A DNA stretch of 63,728 nucleotides, filler included, from Thraustochytrium aureum (Eukaryota): assembly GCA_012862495.1 (NCBI GenBank). It is 4 parts of 3 records of this genome, joined end to end, with 100 filler letters (N's around TTAATTAATTAA, not from the genome) between each part and the next. Parts side by side here need not be neighbours in the genome. Positions count along the whole stretch, not along the records: positions 1 to 13,387 come from BLSG01000374.1; 3 more parts are not named here. The stretch is one strand, 5' to 3'. The position numbers and the translations under genes were made by a program. The notes beneath the pieces were generated by a model. It was given only the letters and a program-made list of their open reading frames with translations. It searched no databases and was not told the origin of the DNA. Each line of letters starts with the position of its first letter. Within the stretch, counting starts at the first letter, position 1. Positions 1-11,361 of the stretch are shown here, one piece after another.

Positions 1-901
1 AGCGCCGCCTTGGTGCCGCCCATTGGAGGGGCGACGAGCTCAATAGGCCAAGGCCGAATCGTGGCGGACAAGTCTCACTTTGGGTTTGTCTTCAGCAGCG
101 GCCAGCCGGCGGGCCTGGCCGCCCAGGCCGCAGGTGACGCTACGGGCCCCGACCGTGGACGGCCACGCTCTGTCACGCTCAGGGCCCAGCTGGCGCGCGG
201 CTCCGAGCTCATCGAGCGCCTTGTTGCGGAGGCCGAGGCCGGGATTGATTTTGTCGGGTCGAGCTTTCAGTTCATCGGCCAAATGAAAAACGTTATCGTC
301 CTGCGCCGCCAGCCGCAGCTCGAGAACGGGGCCGTGCCCCAACATGCGTTTATGGGGCGCGCTGCGCTCGCATGCTCGCCGCGGCAGCTGTTCCAGCTCG
401 TTCGGGAGCCTGCGAACAGGCACTTGTACGACAAAATGGTCCGCGAGGGCTCGACCACGGTTCTTGAGCGGCCCGAGGGCGCCTTGGACCCGATTGTGCT
501 TCCGGCAGGTCTTCGAGACCAAGCAGCGGCTCCCGTTTTTGAGGTACTCGCGCGACTTTTGCGTGGTCCAGTTTGCTACTGAGCTCGAGGACGGCCGGTT
601 TGTGGTGGCGGGCCACGTTTCCATCGAGCACGGCTCGTGCCTGGAGCGGGAGGAGGTCGTGCGTGGCCAGCTCGACCTGTGCGGTTGGGTTATCGAGCCG
701 GTTCCGGGGGCGCCAGACCGGTGCAAGGCCACCTACATGATCCAGGTCGACTTTGGCGGCGACGTGCCCTCAAAGTTTATTGACGCGCTTTCGTTTCGGC
801 AGCCTTTGTGCATCCATGGGGCGCGCGAGTACCTCGCGGCCAACGCGGGGCGCGCGCCGGAGGGCGCGGACTATGCAGAGTATGCCGACTTGCTCGAGTA
901 G
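1..901 (+). CDS. START (StAR-related lipid transfer) domain protein, 5' end outside the window or uncertain, one frameshift near 480-495
   Basis: ORF 10..582 (FMGRAALACSPRQLFQLVREPANRHLYDKM) continues in ORF 344..901 (RDFCVVQ...VSIEH...VRG...GWVIEP...KATYMIQVDFGGDVP), together giving the START consensus. Confidence 0.8.
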
Positions 902-1239
902 GTTGCGTTGCAGCGCGCCGTGTTTTGTACTGTATGTACTTGAAGAAATCCCAACAAAACTGATGACGATGCTGAGTCCATGTGGAGCAACAACAACGCC
1001 GCCAGAGCAGAGCAACGCCAAGGCAACGGGCGCGCCAAGAGGCTTGGCACGCCAGAGCAGAGCAACGCCAAGGGGCTTGGCGCGTGGTTGCAAGAAAAAA
1101 AGCGACATAGAAAGACAAGGAGAGGGAGAAGGAGAAAGCGGAACCACCCCGTTGTTGGGCTGCATCAACGGCAGCCAGGTGAGCACCTTACTCTACCCAT
1201 GTCAGCAACCCCACAAGGTGAAGGGAGCCGTGCGCCGGG

Positions 1240-1740
1240 TCAGTTCCGCAATTGGGCCATCTCCACGGCGGTGGTGGCCCACTCGATGCCGTGGTTGTGG
1301 CCGCCATCCGGCGTCAGGCCCGCCCGGTACAGCGCCTGCTGGTCGTTCAAGCAGGTAAGCACACCAAAGATCGCTGGAACGCCCGTGTCCAGCCCGACGC
1401 GCATGATCCCGTGCGCGGTCGCCTCGCAAATGTACTCAAAGTGCATCGTCTCGCCCTTGATGAGACAGCCGATGCAAATGACGGCATCGAGTTTGTGCTT
1501 GGCGATCGTCGCCTTGGCCGCAAACGGCAGCTCGAAGGCGCCGGGAACCTCGACCTCCAGCACAGACGCTACACCGAGGCGCTCGAGCTCTTTCTTCGCG
1601 CCATCGCACAGCGCGTCAATGATCTTGTCATTCCACCTCGTGCGAACAATCCCAACTACGAGGCCTTCGCCGCTGACCTCCTTGGCCGCCTTCGAGAGGC
1701 CCTTGACGACCACCTGTTCCGTCGCGCCGGCCTCGGTCAT
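1240..1740 (-). CDS. RIB4: 6,7-dimethyl-8-ribityllumazine synthase (riboflavin synthesis)
   Basis: Motifs VRTRWN, VPGAFELP, IGCLIKGETMHFEYI, PAIFGVLTC and QALYRAG; ATG at 1740 (MTEAG). Confidence 0.95.
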   Translation of the reverse strand: MTEAGATEQVVVKGLSKAAKEVSGEGLVVGIVRTRWNDKIIDALCDGAKKELERLGVASVLEVEVPGAFELPFAAKATIAKHKLDAVICIGCLIKGETMHFEYICEATAHGIMRVGLDTGVPAIFGVLTCLNDQQALYRAGLTPDGGHNHGIEWATTAVEMAQLRN

Positions 1741-2309
1741 TCTGAATTTCCCAACGCAGGCTGCGCCACCTATCGCCGCGAGAGCCCAACCTCGTCCCAA
1801 GCGCCGGGATCGCGCGACACGCCCAAGCCGCTCCCGTGCTACTGCGCGCCTCGCCCTCTTTCCCTCGCTCCGCCTCGCGCGCTGCTTCGGGCTCTGGCGC
1901 TTCGGGTTTACGCGTGCTTTGCTCCTTCCTTCCGTCCGTCTCGTCACGCAGTACCCTCAATGACGTGCTCAGTCGCGGTCACCCTCTGCTGTCGCGTGGC
2001 GCAAGGGGGCGCAGGTGACGCGCGGGCGACTGGCGCGTCGAAGCTCGCGGCTCGCGGTGCGTCACGCATGGACCCCTGTGTGACGTGCGAGGTGCGTGTC
2101 GTGAAAGTCGATTTGGCACCTCAGGAAGGATCCGGCGCGCTGGGCGTGCGGGCGAGCAGACTCGCAACGGGACAGGGACGCGCGGCAGGGCGGAGGCGCA
2201 GGCAGGAAGGGCGCAGAGGAGGTAGAGCAGGCCGGGGCGGCGCGGGGCGCAGGCGGCTATCTCGCGTGGCGCGAGCGGGCGGCGGCTGCAGCGCGGGCGG
2301 AGGCGCAGC

Positions 2310-3761
2310 ATGTCGGTCCTTGCTGACCTGCCACAGACGGGCGACCCGGCGGTGGACGAGAAGGCCAAGTTTGTGGACATGGCGACGGAGCCGAGCCAGG
2401 CGGACGGCGCGGCGCAGCAGACCCCCGCCAAAAGCGACGGCGCGCTGCCGCCGCTCGAGAGCCTGAGCTGCCAGCTCTGCTCCAGCTACTTTACTGACCC
2501 GGTGACGCTGCCGTGCATGCACTCGTTCTGCAAGGCTTGCCTGGAAAGTTTTGCGGGGCGCCCGCTCGATGGCAGTGGCTCGCCGGAAGACGAGGACGAG
2601 GACGAAGAGCAGGACGACGAGGCCGCGGACGCTCGCGCGGCGGCCGGCGACCGGGCGCCGCGCAAACCGAAGAAGGAGGCCAAGCCCATCTGCTGCCCGA
2701 CGTGCCAGCTCAAGCTCAACCTCGGGCCCGAGATGTCGAGCTTTTACAGCGAGCCATTCGCGAACGACCGTCTCAAGCGCGTCGTGCGCCTGCTGCACGA
2801 GAGCAAGATCTTGTGCGAGAACTGCTCGAGCACGGCCTCCGAGTTTCGATGCAACGTGTGCGACACGTTTGTGTGCGACAGCTGCTTTCGAGCCACGCAC
2901 AACGCGCCCATCTTTCGCTCGCACAAGCCCGAGAGGCTGACGCACTCGGAGATGACGGCCCTGCCCAAGTGCGAGGCCCACCGACTGAACGACGTAGAGT
3001 ACTTTTGCACGGACGACGAGATCGGCGTCTGCTCGCTCTGCCTCCTGAAGGGCGAGTTTAAGGGCAAAGAGTACTCGCTTGTGGTGGATGTGCGCAAACA
3101 GCGACAGGCCGAGATCGAGCAGGGCGTGAGCGAGGCCTTGCTGCAGCGCGCCAAGCTGATCGAGGGGCGCAAGGACATTGAGCAGACCATCGCGGAGCTG
3201 AGCGACAACTTGGCGACGCAGCAAGCGGCCGTTCGCGACAACTTTGCGGCGATCCGCCGCGCCCTCGACGAGCGGGAGGCGGAGACCCTTGCTGCCCTCT
3301 CCAACTTGCACGACGTCAAGAAGGCTGTCCTCGACGACCAAGTGTCCGAGATCGATCGCCAGAAGGGCCGCATCGAGGACGGGGTGGCCAACATCAACCT
3401 GGTGCTCAACCACAGCAACGACGTGGAGGTAGTCTATCTCACCTACGTGTTGCAGAACCACGTCGCAGCGCTGACGGACGTGCCCTCCACCAGCCCGCAG
3501 GGGTCCAAGGGGCCCGAGCCCAACCACGACCCGGCCGTCGACGCCGACCTGCCCGTGATCCTCAGCGACCGCGTTCCGGACCTCGTCAAGGCCTACGCTT
3601 CCGTGCCAGACGCGGGCCTAGTCGAGGAAATCGCTGCGGGCGCCATCTCTGCCTCGGCCCTGCAGGGGTCTGCTGGCACGGCCGAGCAGCGCCAGGTGCT
3701 CAGGGCGGTCACTGGCTCGGACAGCAAGGACGCTGCCGAGTACGGCTGCTTGGTGCAATAA
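2310..3761 (+). CDS. TRIM/RBCC-type protein (RING, two B-boxes, coiled coil) ending in CaaX (CLVQ)
   Basis: RING CQLC...LPCMHSFCKAC...CPTC; B-box CENC..CNVC..CDSC..H..H; second B-box CEAH..FC..CSLC; long heptad region. Confidence 0.88.
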   Translation: MSVLADLPQTGDPAVDEKAKFVDMATEPSQADGAAQQTPAKSDGALPPLESLSCQLCSSYFTDPVTLPCMHSFCKACLESFAGRPLDGSGSPEDEDEDEEQDDEAADARAAAGDRAPRKPKKEAKPICCPTCQLKLNLGPEMSSFYSEPFANDRLKRVVRLLHESKILCENCSSTASEFRCNVCDTFVCDSCFRATHNAPIFRSHKPERLTHSEMTALPKCEAHRLNDVEYFCTDDEIGVCSLCLLKGEFKGKEYSLVVDVRKQRQAEIEQGVSEALLQRAKLIEGRKDIEQTIAELSDNLATQQAAVRDNFAAIRRALDEREAETLAALSNLHDVKKAVLDDQVSEIDRQKGRIEDGVANINLVLNHSNDVEVVYLTYVLQNHVAALTDVPSTSPQGSKGPEPNHDPAVDADLPVILSDRVPDLVKAYASVPDAGLVEEIAAGAISASALQGSAGTAEQRQVLRAVTGSDSKDAAEYGCLVQ

Positions 3762-3866
3762 ACATGCTCCGCATTTCTCTTTCGTCTTGAAGGCCCCGCC
3801 CCGGCGGAAGCCCAGGCAAGAGGGTGAACGGAGGCACGGCCGTGGGCCGTAGGCCGCAGCTGGTCG

Positions 3867-3926
3867 TTCGAAGCCTGCGCGCTTTGAAGCCTGCGCGCTT
3901 TGAAGCCTGCGCGCTTTGAAGCCTGC
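3867..3926. repeat. 16-bp tandem repeat (TTTGAAGCCTGCGCGC), about 3.7 copies
   Basis: Directly visible. Confidence 0.9.
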
Positions 3927-4240
3927 TCTCCCCACTAGTAGCTAGCTCGAGCTCGTATCGTTTTGATTTCAAGAGAAGCGCCAGCTCTCCCGCCGCCCTC
4001 GCCGCTGCCGTTTGGCGCCTCGGAAAAGGTGCTCTTGCCACAAGTTGTAAACAAGAGAAAACAAACAGAAGACAAACCAGGCGCCGCGCCGCTCCCCTCG
4101 AGGCAGCCAGAGGCTCGCTCGAGCGAGAGCAAGGCGGCAGGCCGGCCGCTCCAGTGGCGCCGCGACGAGCTCCGGAAGAGGGCGGCGAGCGCGGTTTACC
4201 GCAGCGGAGGCTCGCATCGGACGGCGGCTGGCAGCCACCC

Positions 4241-5400
4241 ATGGACTTCGCCGAGCTGCTCGCAGCGCACTCGGCGCCGGCCACCCAGAACGGCNNNNNN
4301 NNNNNNNNNNNNNNNNNNNNNNNNNNNNNNNNNNNNNNNNNNNNNNNNNNNNNNNNNNNNNNNNNNNNNNNNNNNNNNNNNNNNNNNNNNNNNNNNNNNN
4401 NNNNNNNNNNNNNNNNNNNNNNNNNNNNNNNNNNNNNNNNNNNNNNNNNNNNNNNNNNNNNNNNNNNNNNNNNNNNNNNNNNNNNNNNNNNNNNNNNNNN
4501 NNNNNNNNNNNNNNNNNNNNNNNNNNNNNNNNNNNNNNNNNGGCGGCGGCCGTGGCGGCCCGCGTGGCCTGCGCGCGAGATCGAGCGCGTGAAGGGCAAG
4601 TACTTGGCAATTGTTCCTGCGGGCGACGGGTCGCTCCACGACCACGCGGACAAGCCCTGGCACGGCAACGCTGGGTTCGACCTCTGCGTCGTGTACTATG
4701 GCGCGAACGACGAGAAGCGCGAGCGGTACCGCGGCCACGCCGACATCTTCATGGAGAAGAAAGGCCCCAAGTGGCAGCTGTGAGGCACGCACTGCAGGAG
4801 GTCGACTGGCGAGCGTACGAGTACATCTGGCTCCCGGACGACGACCTGCTGATGGACGCCCAGGACGTGGTGCGCATGTTTGCGATCGCCTCGTCGCGGG
4901 GCGTGCTCCTCGGCCAGCCGGCGCTGTACGACGAAAACGTTCAGAAGCAGTATCGCAACATCATCGTCAAACGCGAGGGCAACCTCCTCCATTACACCAA
5001 CTTTGTCGAGATCATGTGCCCCTTCATGCGCGTGGACGTGCTCGAGTTCGTGCGGCGGACGATCGATTCGGACGACTGCAAGTCGGGCTGGGGGCTGGAC
5101 ATGCTGTGGCCCACAATGCTCGGCTTTGACAACATTGCTGTCATCGATGCCACGCCAGTGCTGCACACGCGGCCTCAAAACGCCTTTTCGGTGGACAACT
5201 CGTTCTACCGTCAATACAGAATCGACCCGCAGCGCGAGTGCCACGAGCTCATGCGCCGCTTCCGCTTCTCCGACTATCGCAAGCGTCGTTTTGACGACGT
5301 TGCGCTTGCGCCGTCTGAGAGCCCGCCTTTGGCTGGGGAGGCTGCTCGTCGCGGTGCGTTGGAGGACGCAGGGGCGGGTGAGCCGGCGGCGGCGTCGTGA
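4241..5400 (+). CDS. DUF707-family protein (putative glycosyltransferase-like); gap inside, frameshift near 4780, start uncertain
   Basis: FDLCVVYY...KGPKWQL, then YEYIWLPDDDL, QPAL, TNFVEIMCPF and SGWGLD, typical of DUF707. Confidence 0.75.
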
Positions 5401-8094
5401 TTTCGCCCAGGCGCGGCCAGGTGCGCGTCGTGATTGATTTCGCCCGCTGGCGGCAACGGCGGCCCCGTCTCGGTCATACCGCACCATCGCGCAAGACAAC
5501 GGCAACGACAGCGCGCCGGCCGTTGCGCGGCGGATGGATGGGGGGGGGCGGAGGGCCGCAGGCCAGCTCGCCCTGCGCGGGCCTCGTCCACCCACGTTGT
5601 TGCGGCGCCCGGCTCGCCCAGCGGCCAGCAGCACAAGCGGAAAACAGAGCCGCTCCTCCTCACCTCGTCTCTTTCCCGGCGAGAAGCGCTGCAGCTTGTC
5701 GTACATCCACAGTGGCGCCGCAGAAACCGACTCGATCGCGTCGAGAAGCAACAGGCTGGGAAGGCCCACTGGAGCCGAGGGCGTGGCGCCCCCGGCGATT
5801 TTCCATTGACGACAATCGCCGCGCGCGATGAAGTAGGTACCAAGGAGGATACCTACCTACCGGCAGACAAGCCACTTCTTGAAAGCAAGGCAAGCAGAGC
5901 AATAAGAGTACTTCCGCAGCCGGCCGGCCGTGACGTGCGATTGTGATTTGATGACCCACGAGGCGGGCTCGACGCCTTCCTCACCGACGACAAACACGAA
6001 AGAAAAGATTCAACCATGAGAACTCACGTTGCCAGAGGTTCTTGAGGCGGCTTGCCTTGCTGTGGGGCCCTGAGAGCCACACAAGTATTCCGCTGCTACT
6101 CCACGCCAGGCAGACAGACAGACGACCAACCCCCCCGTTGCGAGAAGCACGCGAGAAGCGCCGGTGCAGCGCTGCAGGCTGCCGGAGGTACGCCAACGCG
6201 CCGCTGCGGACGAGCCGCGGGCGAGGAGGAGGAGGAGGCGGCGGGTTTGTCGCCGACGAGCCACGGCCCAGTCGGCCAGCCTTCGCTCGCTCGGTGAGCC
6301 AACGCCGCCCGGCCAGGAGCGCTCCGCGGCGCGAATTCGGGCGGCCTCCGAGTCGAGATGAGGCTGTCCGAGCTCCGAGTCGACCAACGGACGACCTCGG
6401 CCCTGCGTAAGGCCCTGTACTAGGCAGAGGCAGAGTACTTGCTCTCCTTGCCTCTGCGAAGAGAACTGTTGTTTGTGGCCGGGACACGATAGCGCGCACG
6501 AAGATCGCGACCGCTCACGCGCCTGCGAGTCGTTGCAACCGCTCACCAGTCAATCAAGCGGCAGCCGGCAGGCTGCTGCGATGGCTGCTGCGTTGGCATT
6601 GCCGCTCGCTCGCTCAGTCAGTCCGTCAATAATCAATCCGTCCATCAATTCATCAATCAATCAAAAGTCAATCCGTCGCTTGCCTGCCTTGCCTATCTGC
6701 TACTTGGGTACTCACTCGAGTACAAACAATCTGTTCTGCAGGAAGCGAGCGCTGCGGCAGCCAACAACGCCGCATTTTGCGACGGGAGGAATACTTCATG
6801 TGTGGAGCTCTCCACCTCTCCACACAGCGGATGACTCTCTCTGCACACAGTCGCTCCGCTTGAACTGGAGGAAGCGGTGGTGCGGACTCACAGCGAGTGA
6901 ATTCCTCGTGGAGGCGGTGAGGAAATTGAACGTGATCCTTCCTCTTCCCACCGCTCAAGACAAGCTTGTTCCACGATCCGTGCCGGCCTCTCACCGGGAG
7001 CAAAAGCTTGCACCGCCTCTGGTAGTTCCCTCAGCAGATTCGATACAATTCGATACAGTTTGAGAGGCCAGCGCGCCAGTCGCCTCCAAGCGCCTGTCGG
7101 CGAAAAGCCGCTTGGAGCGCCGCCGCCTCACAGGCGCTCTGACGGACCGCTTCCGCTTCACGAGTCTCTTGAAGAGACAGGTTTTCCCTTTGGGAGGGTC
7201 CACGCGCTCCAAGTTGAAATCCAGGTGACCAGCCAATCAGGCGCTGCGTTGCAACAGGAGGCGCGTCCGAGGAGACGAACAGTTTCTCCGCCTGTNNNNN
7301 NNNNNNNNNNNNNNNNNNNNNNNNNNNNNNNNNNNNNNNNNNNNNNNNNNNNNNNNNNNNNNNNNNNNNNNNNNNNNNNNNNNNNNNNNNNNNNNNNNNN
7401 NNNNNNNNNNNNNNNNNNNNNNNNNNNNNNNNNNNNNNNNNNNNNNNNNNNNNNNNNNNNNNNNNNNNNNNNNNNNNNNNNNNNNNNNNNNNNNNNNNNN
7501 NNNNNNNNNNNNNNNNNNNNNNNNNNNNNNNNNNNNNNNNNNNNNNNNNNNNNNNNNNNNNNNNNNNNNNNNNNNNNNNNNNNNNNNNNNNNNNNNNNNN
7601 NNNNNNNNNNNNNNNNNNNNNNNNNNNNNNNNNNNNNNNNNNNNNNNNNNNNNNNNNNNNNNNNNNNNNNNNNNNNNNNNNNNNNNNNNNNNNNNNNNNN
7701 NNNNNNNNNNNNNNNNNNNNNNNNNNNNNNNNNNNNNNNNNNNNNNNNNNNNNNNNNNNNNNNNNNNNNNNNNNNNNNNNNNNNNNNNNNNNNNNNNNNN
7801 NNNNNNNNNNNNNNNNNNNNNNNNNNNNNNNNNNNNNNNNNNNNNNNNNNNNNNNNNNNNNNNNNNNNNNNNNNNNNNNNNNNNNNNNNNNNNNNNNNNN
7901 NNNNNNNNNNNNNNNNNNNNNNNNNNNNNNNNNGCCGGGAGGCGAGTGGGGACCGCCGAGAGCGGCGGTTGACAGGGAAAACGCCGGCAAGGTCAGGGAA
8001 ACCCGGACGTGGCAAGGGCCACGAAGCTGCGAAGTGCGCGGCGAGAAAAGTCGCAGGACGGGTACAGATCGGGCGTCCCGGCCTGGGGTGGCAA

Positions 8095-10628
8095 ATGATG
8101 GCCGGCCCGCACCCGCATGACGGCCTGGGCACCCCGGTCGCCCCCAGCAGCGCAGGGATGGGCCTCGTGGCTGTCCACAAGCTGACGTCGCGCAAGTCCT
8201 CCAAGAAGGACATACGCGAAAGGCTCGAGCGCGCCTGCACCAACCATGGGACAACCGCCGAGAAGGCCAAGATGGCCGTGAAAGGATGCCGCAAAGTGAC
8301 GTACGTCCTGGACTGGGGCAAGCTCGACAACGCGAGCTGCTTCCAGGCCGAGCGCGGCGAGAGCCTCGCGGTGCCCAACGGGTTCAAGGTCGTGTTCGAG
8401 GCCAGCAACTACGTGTGGATCGCCGAAATCTCCTACCAGCAGCCGGCCGGCGAGCCCGCCCACGTGCCCATGTACCGCGTGTTCCCCGTCGACCACGACG
8501 GCCACGAGACGCAGCCCGGCAGCGGCTGGATGGACAACATCTCGGCCGCCTTTCGCAAGGCGGTCTCCCTGCACAACCCCGTCCCAGAGGGGAAAGAATC
8601 GCACCGCCCGAACGGACGGCTCTACCTCGGCATTTTCTACAGCGCCGTGCAGGACGAGTTTCGCAAGCACCTGCGCGCCAACCCTCACCTATACGACGTG
8701 TCGCAACGCCGCCTCGTGGACGCGTGGCTCGAGGGCGTAGCAATGGCGCCAGAGAAATCGACAGCGGGTGGGTCTTCCTCATCCTCGTCCTCGTCCTCGT
8801 CGCCCGGGGGGGGGAGCGAGACGTCTTGCGACAGGGCAGACCAGGGCGCCCACCCCGCGGCGACGCAGTCAGCCTCCACAGCTATTGCCGCCTCTGCCGC
8901 CTCCGCTATACATCTGGACTCTGGCAGGGAAGGCGCGCCCGGCCAGCGTCCGCTCAAGATGGAGCCACACCAGAGCCGCATCTACAGCTTCATGGAGTCG
9001 AGCTCGAGTGGTGCGCACCCTATGAGCTCCTCCGCGGGCGGATTCCACGGCGCGACGTCCTCTGCGGCCCCAATTTCTTCCAATGCTTCCTCCGCGAACG
9101 ATGGGAAGGGCGAGAGGTCGTTTGGCCGTCACTCGTCCTCTCTGGCGCCGGCTTTCTTCGATTCGTCATCGACGAACTCGACCGACTTTGTCCCGCTCGA
9201 GTGGCCCGCGCTCGACGAACACACCGGAATGCACCTCCACCACGAGGCCAACTCCCGCCAAGAGAGCGCGGGTAGAGCGCACGCCCCAGCAAGGGCCCCC
9301 TCGCCCGCAGACCTGTCGAGGTCGCGCAAGCGCAACCTGGCCGAGGGCGGGCAAAAGCTCCTGAATTTCGCAACAATGCCAACGGAAAGCGGCAACAAGG
9401 CAGAGCTGAAAAGCATCGAGGAGAAACTGCACTCGCTCCTCAAGGAGATCAAAGAGAGCAAGATCGAAGACGACGGCTCCGAGACAAGCCCGCCCGAGGA
9501 CGAAGACCTCGCAACGATTCGGATGCTCAAGATGCTCAAGGAGATCAAGCGCGAGCTCGTCTCCCGCACCATTAAGCGCCGTCGGACCAGCGCCGACCAC
9601 AACTCGGACGACGAGAGCGATGCTGCAGGGCCGACATCAGAGGCCACAGGTTTCCGTGGCCTTTCAGCCTCCAGTTTTGAAAACGACAACTGGGGCGAGG
9701 GTCACGCGCTCCCGTCGTCGGCCCACAACCATTCGCACTCGCACGGGCACGGACACCAAGTGGCGCATTACCACCATGACCACAACGCGCACGAGAGCGT
9801 CTCGTACTCGCACTCCGGCTCGCACTCGCACTCGCACTCGGACTTGCACGAGTCCCATTCGCCTTACACTGCGCAGAGCGGCGACCACAATGGAAATGGC
9901 CACTTCGACCCCTTGTCAATGCTGCTCGAACTCACAGACTTCTCCTACGACGCGCCACCGATCATCGTCGGCTGCCACCTCACGCACGAGGGCCTCTTCC
10001 TCAAACTCAAGCCGCCCAACACGGAAGGCCTCAGCGAGGAGGAGCTTCGCCACGCAATGACCTCGCTCCGCATCCCTGCAGCCTCCAGCATCGCGCGTGC
10101 AACGCTCCAGGCCGCGGACGTGGACCAAGAACGGGTGCGTCAGCATGGATGAGTTTCTCAGTTCCTCCGCCGCCGCGAGAAGGAGCTCAAGGTCATGTCA
10201 AGGCGATTGACACGGACAACGACGGCATCATCTCTCTCAACGATCTCAAGTTTGCTCGCGACAACGGCAACTTGCACGACGCCTCTGATGAAGAGCTTGC
10301 TGCGCTGCTGGAGTGGATGGACACGCTCGAGGACGCCTACAACGACGGCCAGATCCACTTTGAGGAGTTCCGCACCGGGATGATCCTGTTTCCGCCCAGC
10401 ACGACCATCGCCGATCTCATCAAGCACTTTCGTGAGCAAGGCTCGCCCAGCTATGGCTCGGCCGTGCCGTTGCCAATCGAGCCAGTGCCCCAAACCAAGG
10501 GCCACAGGGAGCCTTGGCAGCATTCCGCAAACCCCCAGGGCAGTTTTCGCTCTGAGAAGAACGGGGAGGGCTTGCTGCACAGCGCTATGGGCCCGCAGCC
10601 GCTGCCGTTCCGCGTGTCAGGAGCATAG
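8095..10628 (+). CDS. Protein with an N-terminal FYRN/FYRC-like domain, a low-complexity Ser/His-rich middle and a C-terminal EF-hand module; three frameshifts at about 10125-10200
   Basis: ORF 7060..10152 (ATG at 8095) joins ORF 10149..10628; EF loops D(V)D(K)NGCVSMDEF, DTDNDGIISLNDL and DAYNDGQIHFEEF. Confidence 0.7.
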
Positions 10629-10806
10629 CGCGCTCTGGGTGCAATGTTGCATGTTGAAGGTGTTTTTTGCAAGCAAGAAGGTGTTGTGCGCTGGGCTGAT
10701 CAGGGGCGGCGGCCGGCTCACGCACTGAGGGTGTTCAAGTTGTTGTGGCGTCACCGCGGAGCTTTCGTCGATGCCATTTCCTTTCGTCTGCTTCTGCCTA
10801 CCTCCG

Positions 10807-11361
10807 CAGTGACGGGGAGAAGGAGAAAATCTCGCGATAAAGCGCGATGAATAGATTTCANNNNNNNNNNNNNNNNNNNNNNNNNNNNNNNNNNNNNNNN
10901 NNNNNNNNNNNNNNNNNNNNNNNNNNNNNNNNNNNNNNNNNNNNNNNNNNNNNNNNNNNNNNNNNNNNNNNNNNNNNNNNNNNNNNNNNNNNNNNNNNNN
11001 NNNNNNNNNNNNNNNNNNNNNNNNNNNNNNNNNNNNNNNNNNNNNNNNNNNNNNNNNNNNNNNNNNNNNNNNCCCGCTCCTGTCGCGTACTTGCGGCTCG
11101 AGGCTCCTCCGGCGCACCTCGAGGCTCGCGCACTGAAAGCGCCGCTCGACTCGGCGGTCAGTGACGGGGAGAAAGAGAGAATCTCGCGATGAAGCGCGAG
11201 GAATAGATTTCGAAAGCTGTACTCTTTATCATTTTGGCTGGCTCACTGCGACGTCTTTTGCCGTTTCGATTCACTTTCACCCGCGCCTGTCGTACTGGCG
11301 GCTCCAGGATCCTCCGACGCACCTCGACTCCCCGCACTGAAAGCGCCGCCCGACTCGGCGG
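10807..11361. repeat. Degenerate direct repeats: 10807-10859 resembles 11159-11211, and 11073-11157 resembles 11280-11361 (bZIP 3' coding end)
   Basis: CAGTGACGGGGAGAA..AATCTCGCGAT.AAGCGCGA.GAATAGATTTC occurs twice; CGCACTGAAAGCGCCGC.CGACTCGGCGG occurs twice. Confidence 0.8.
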
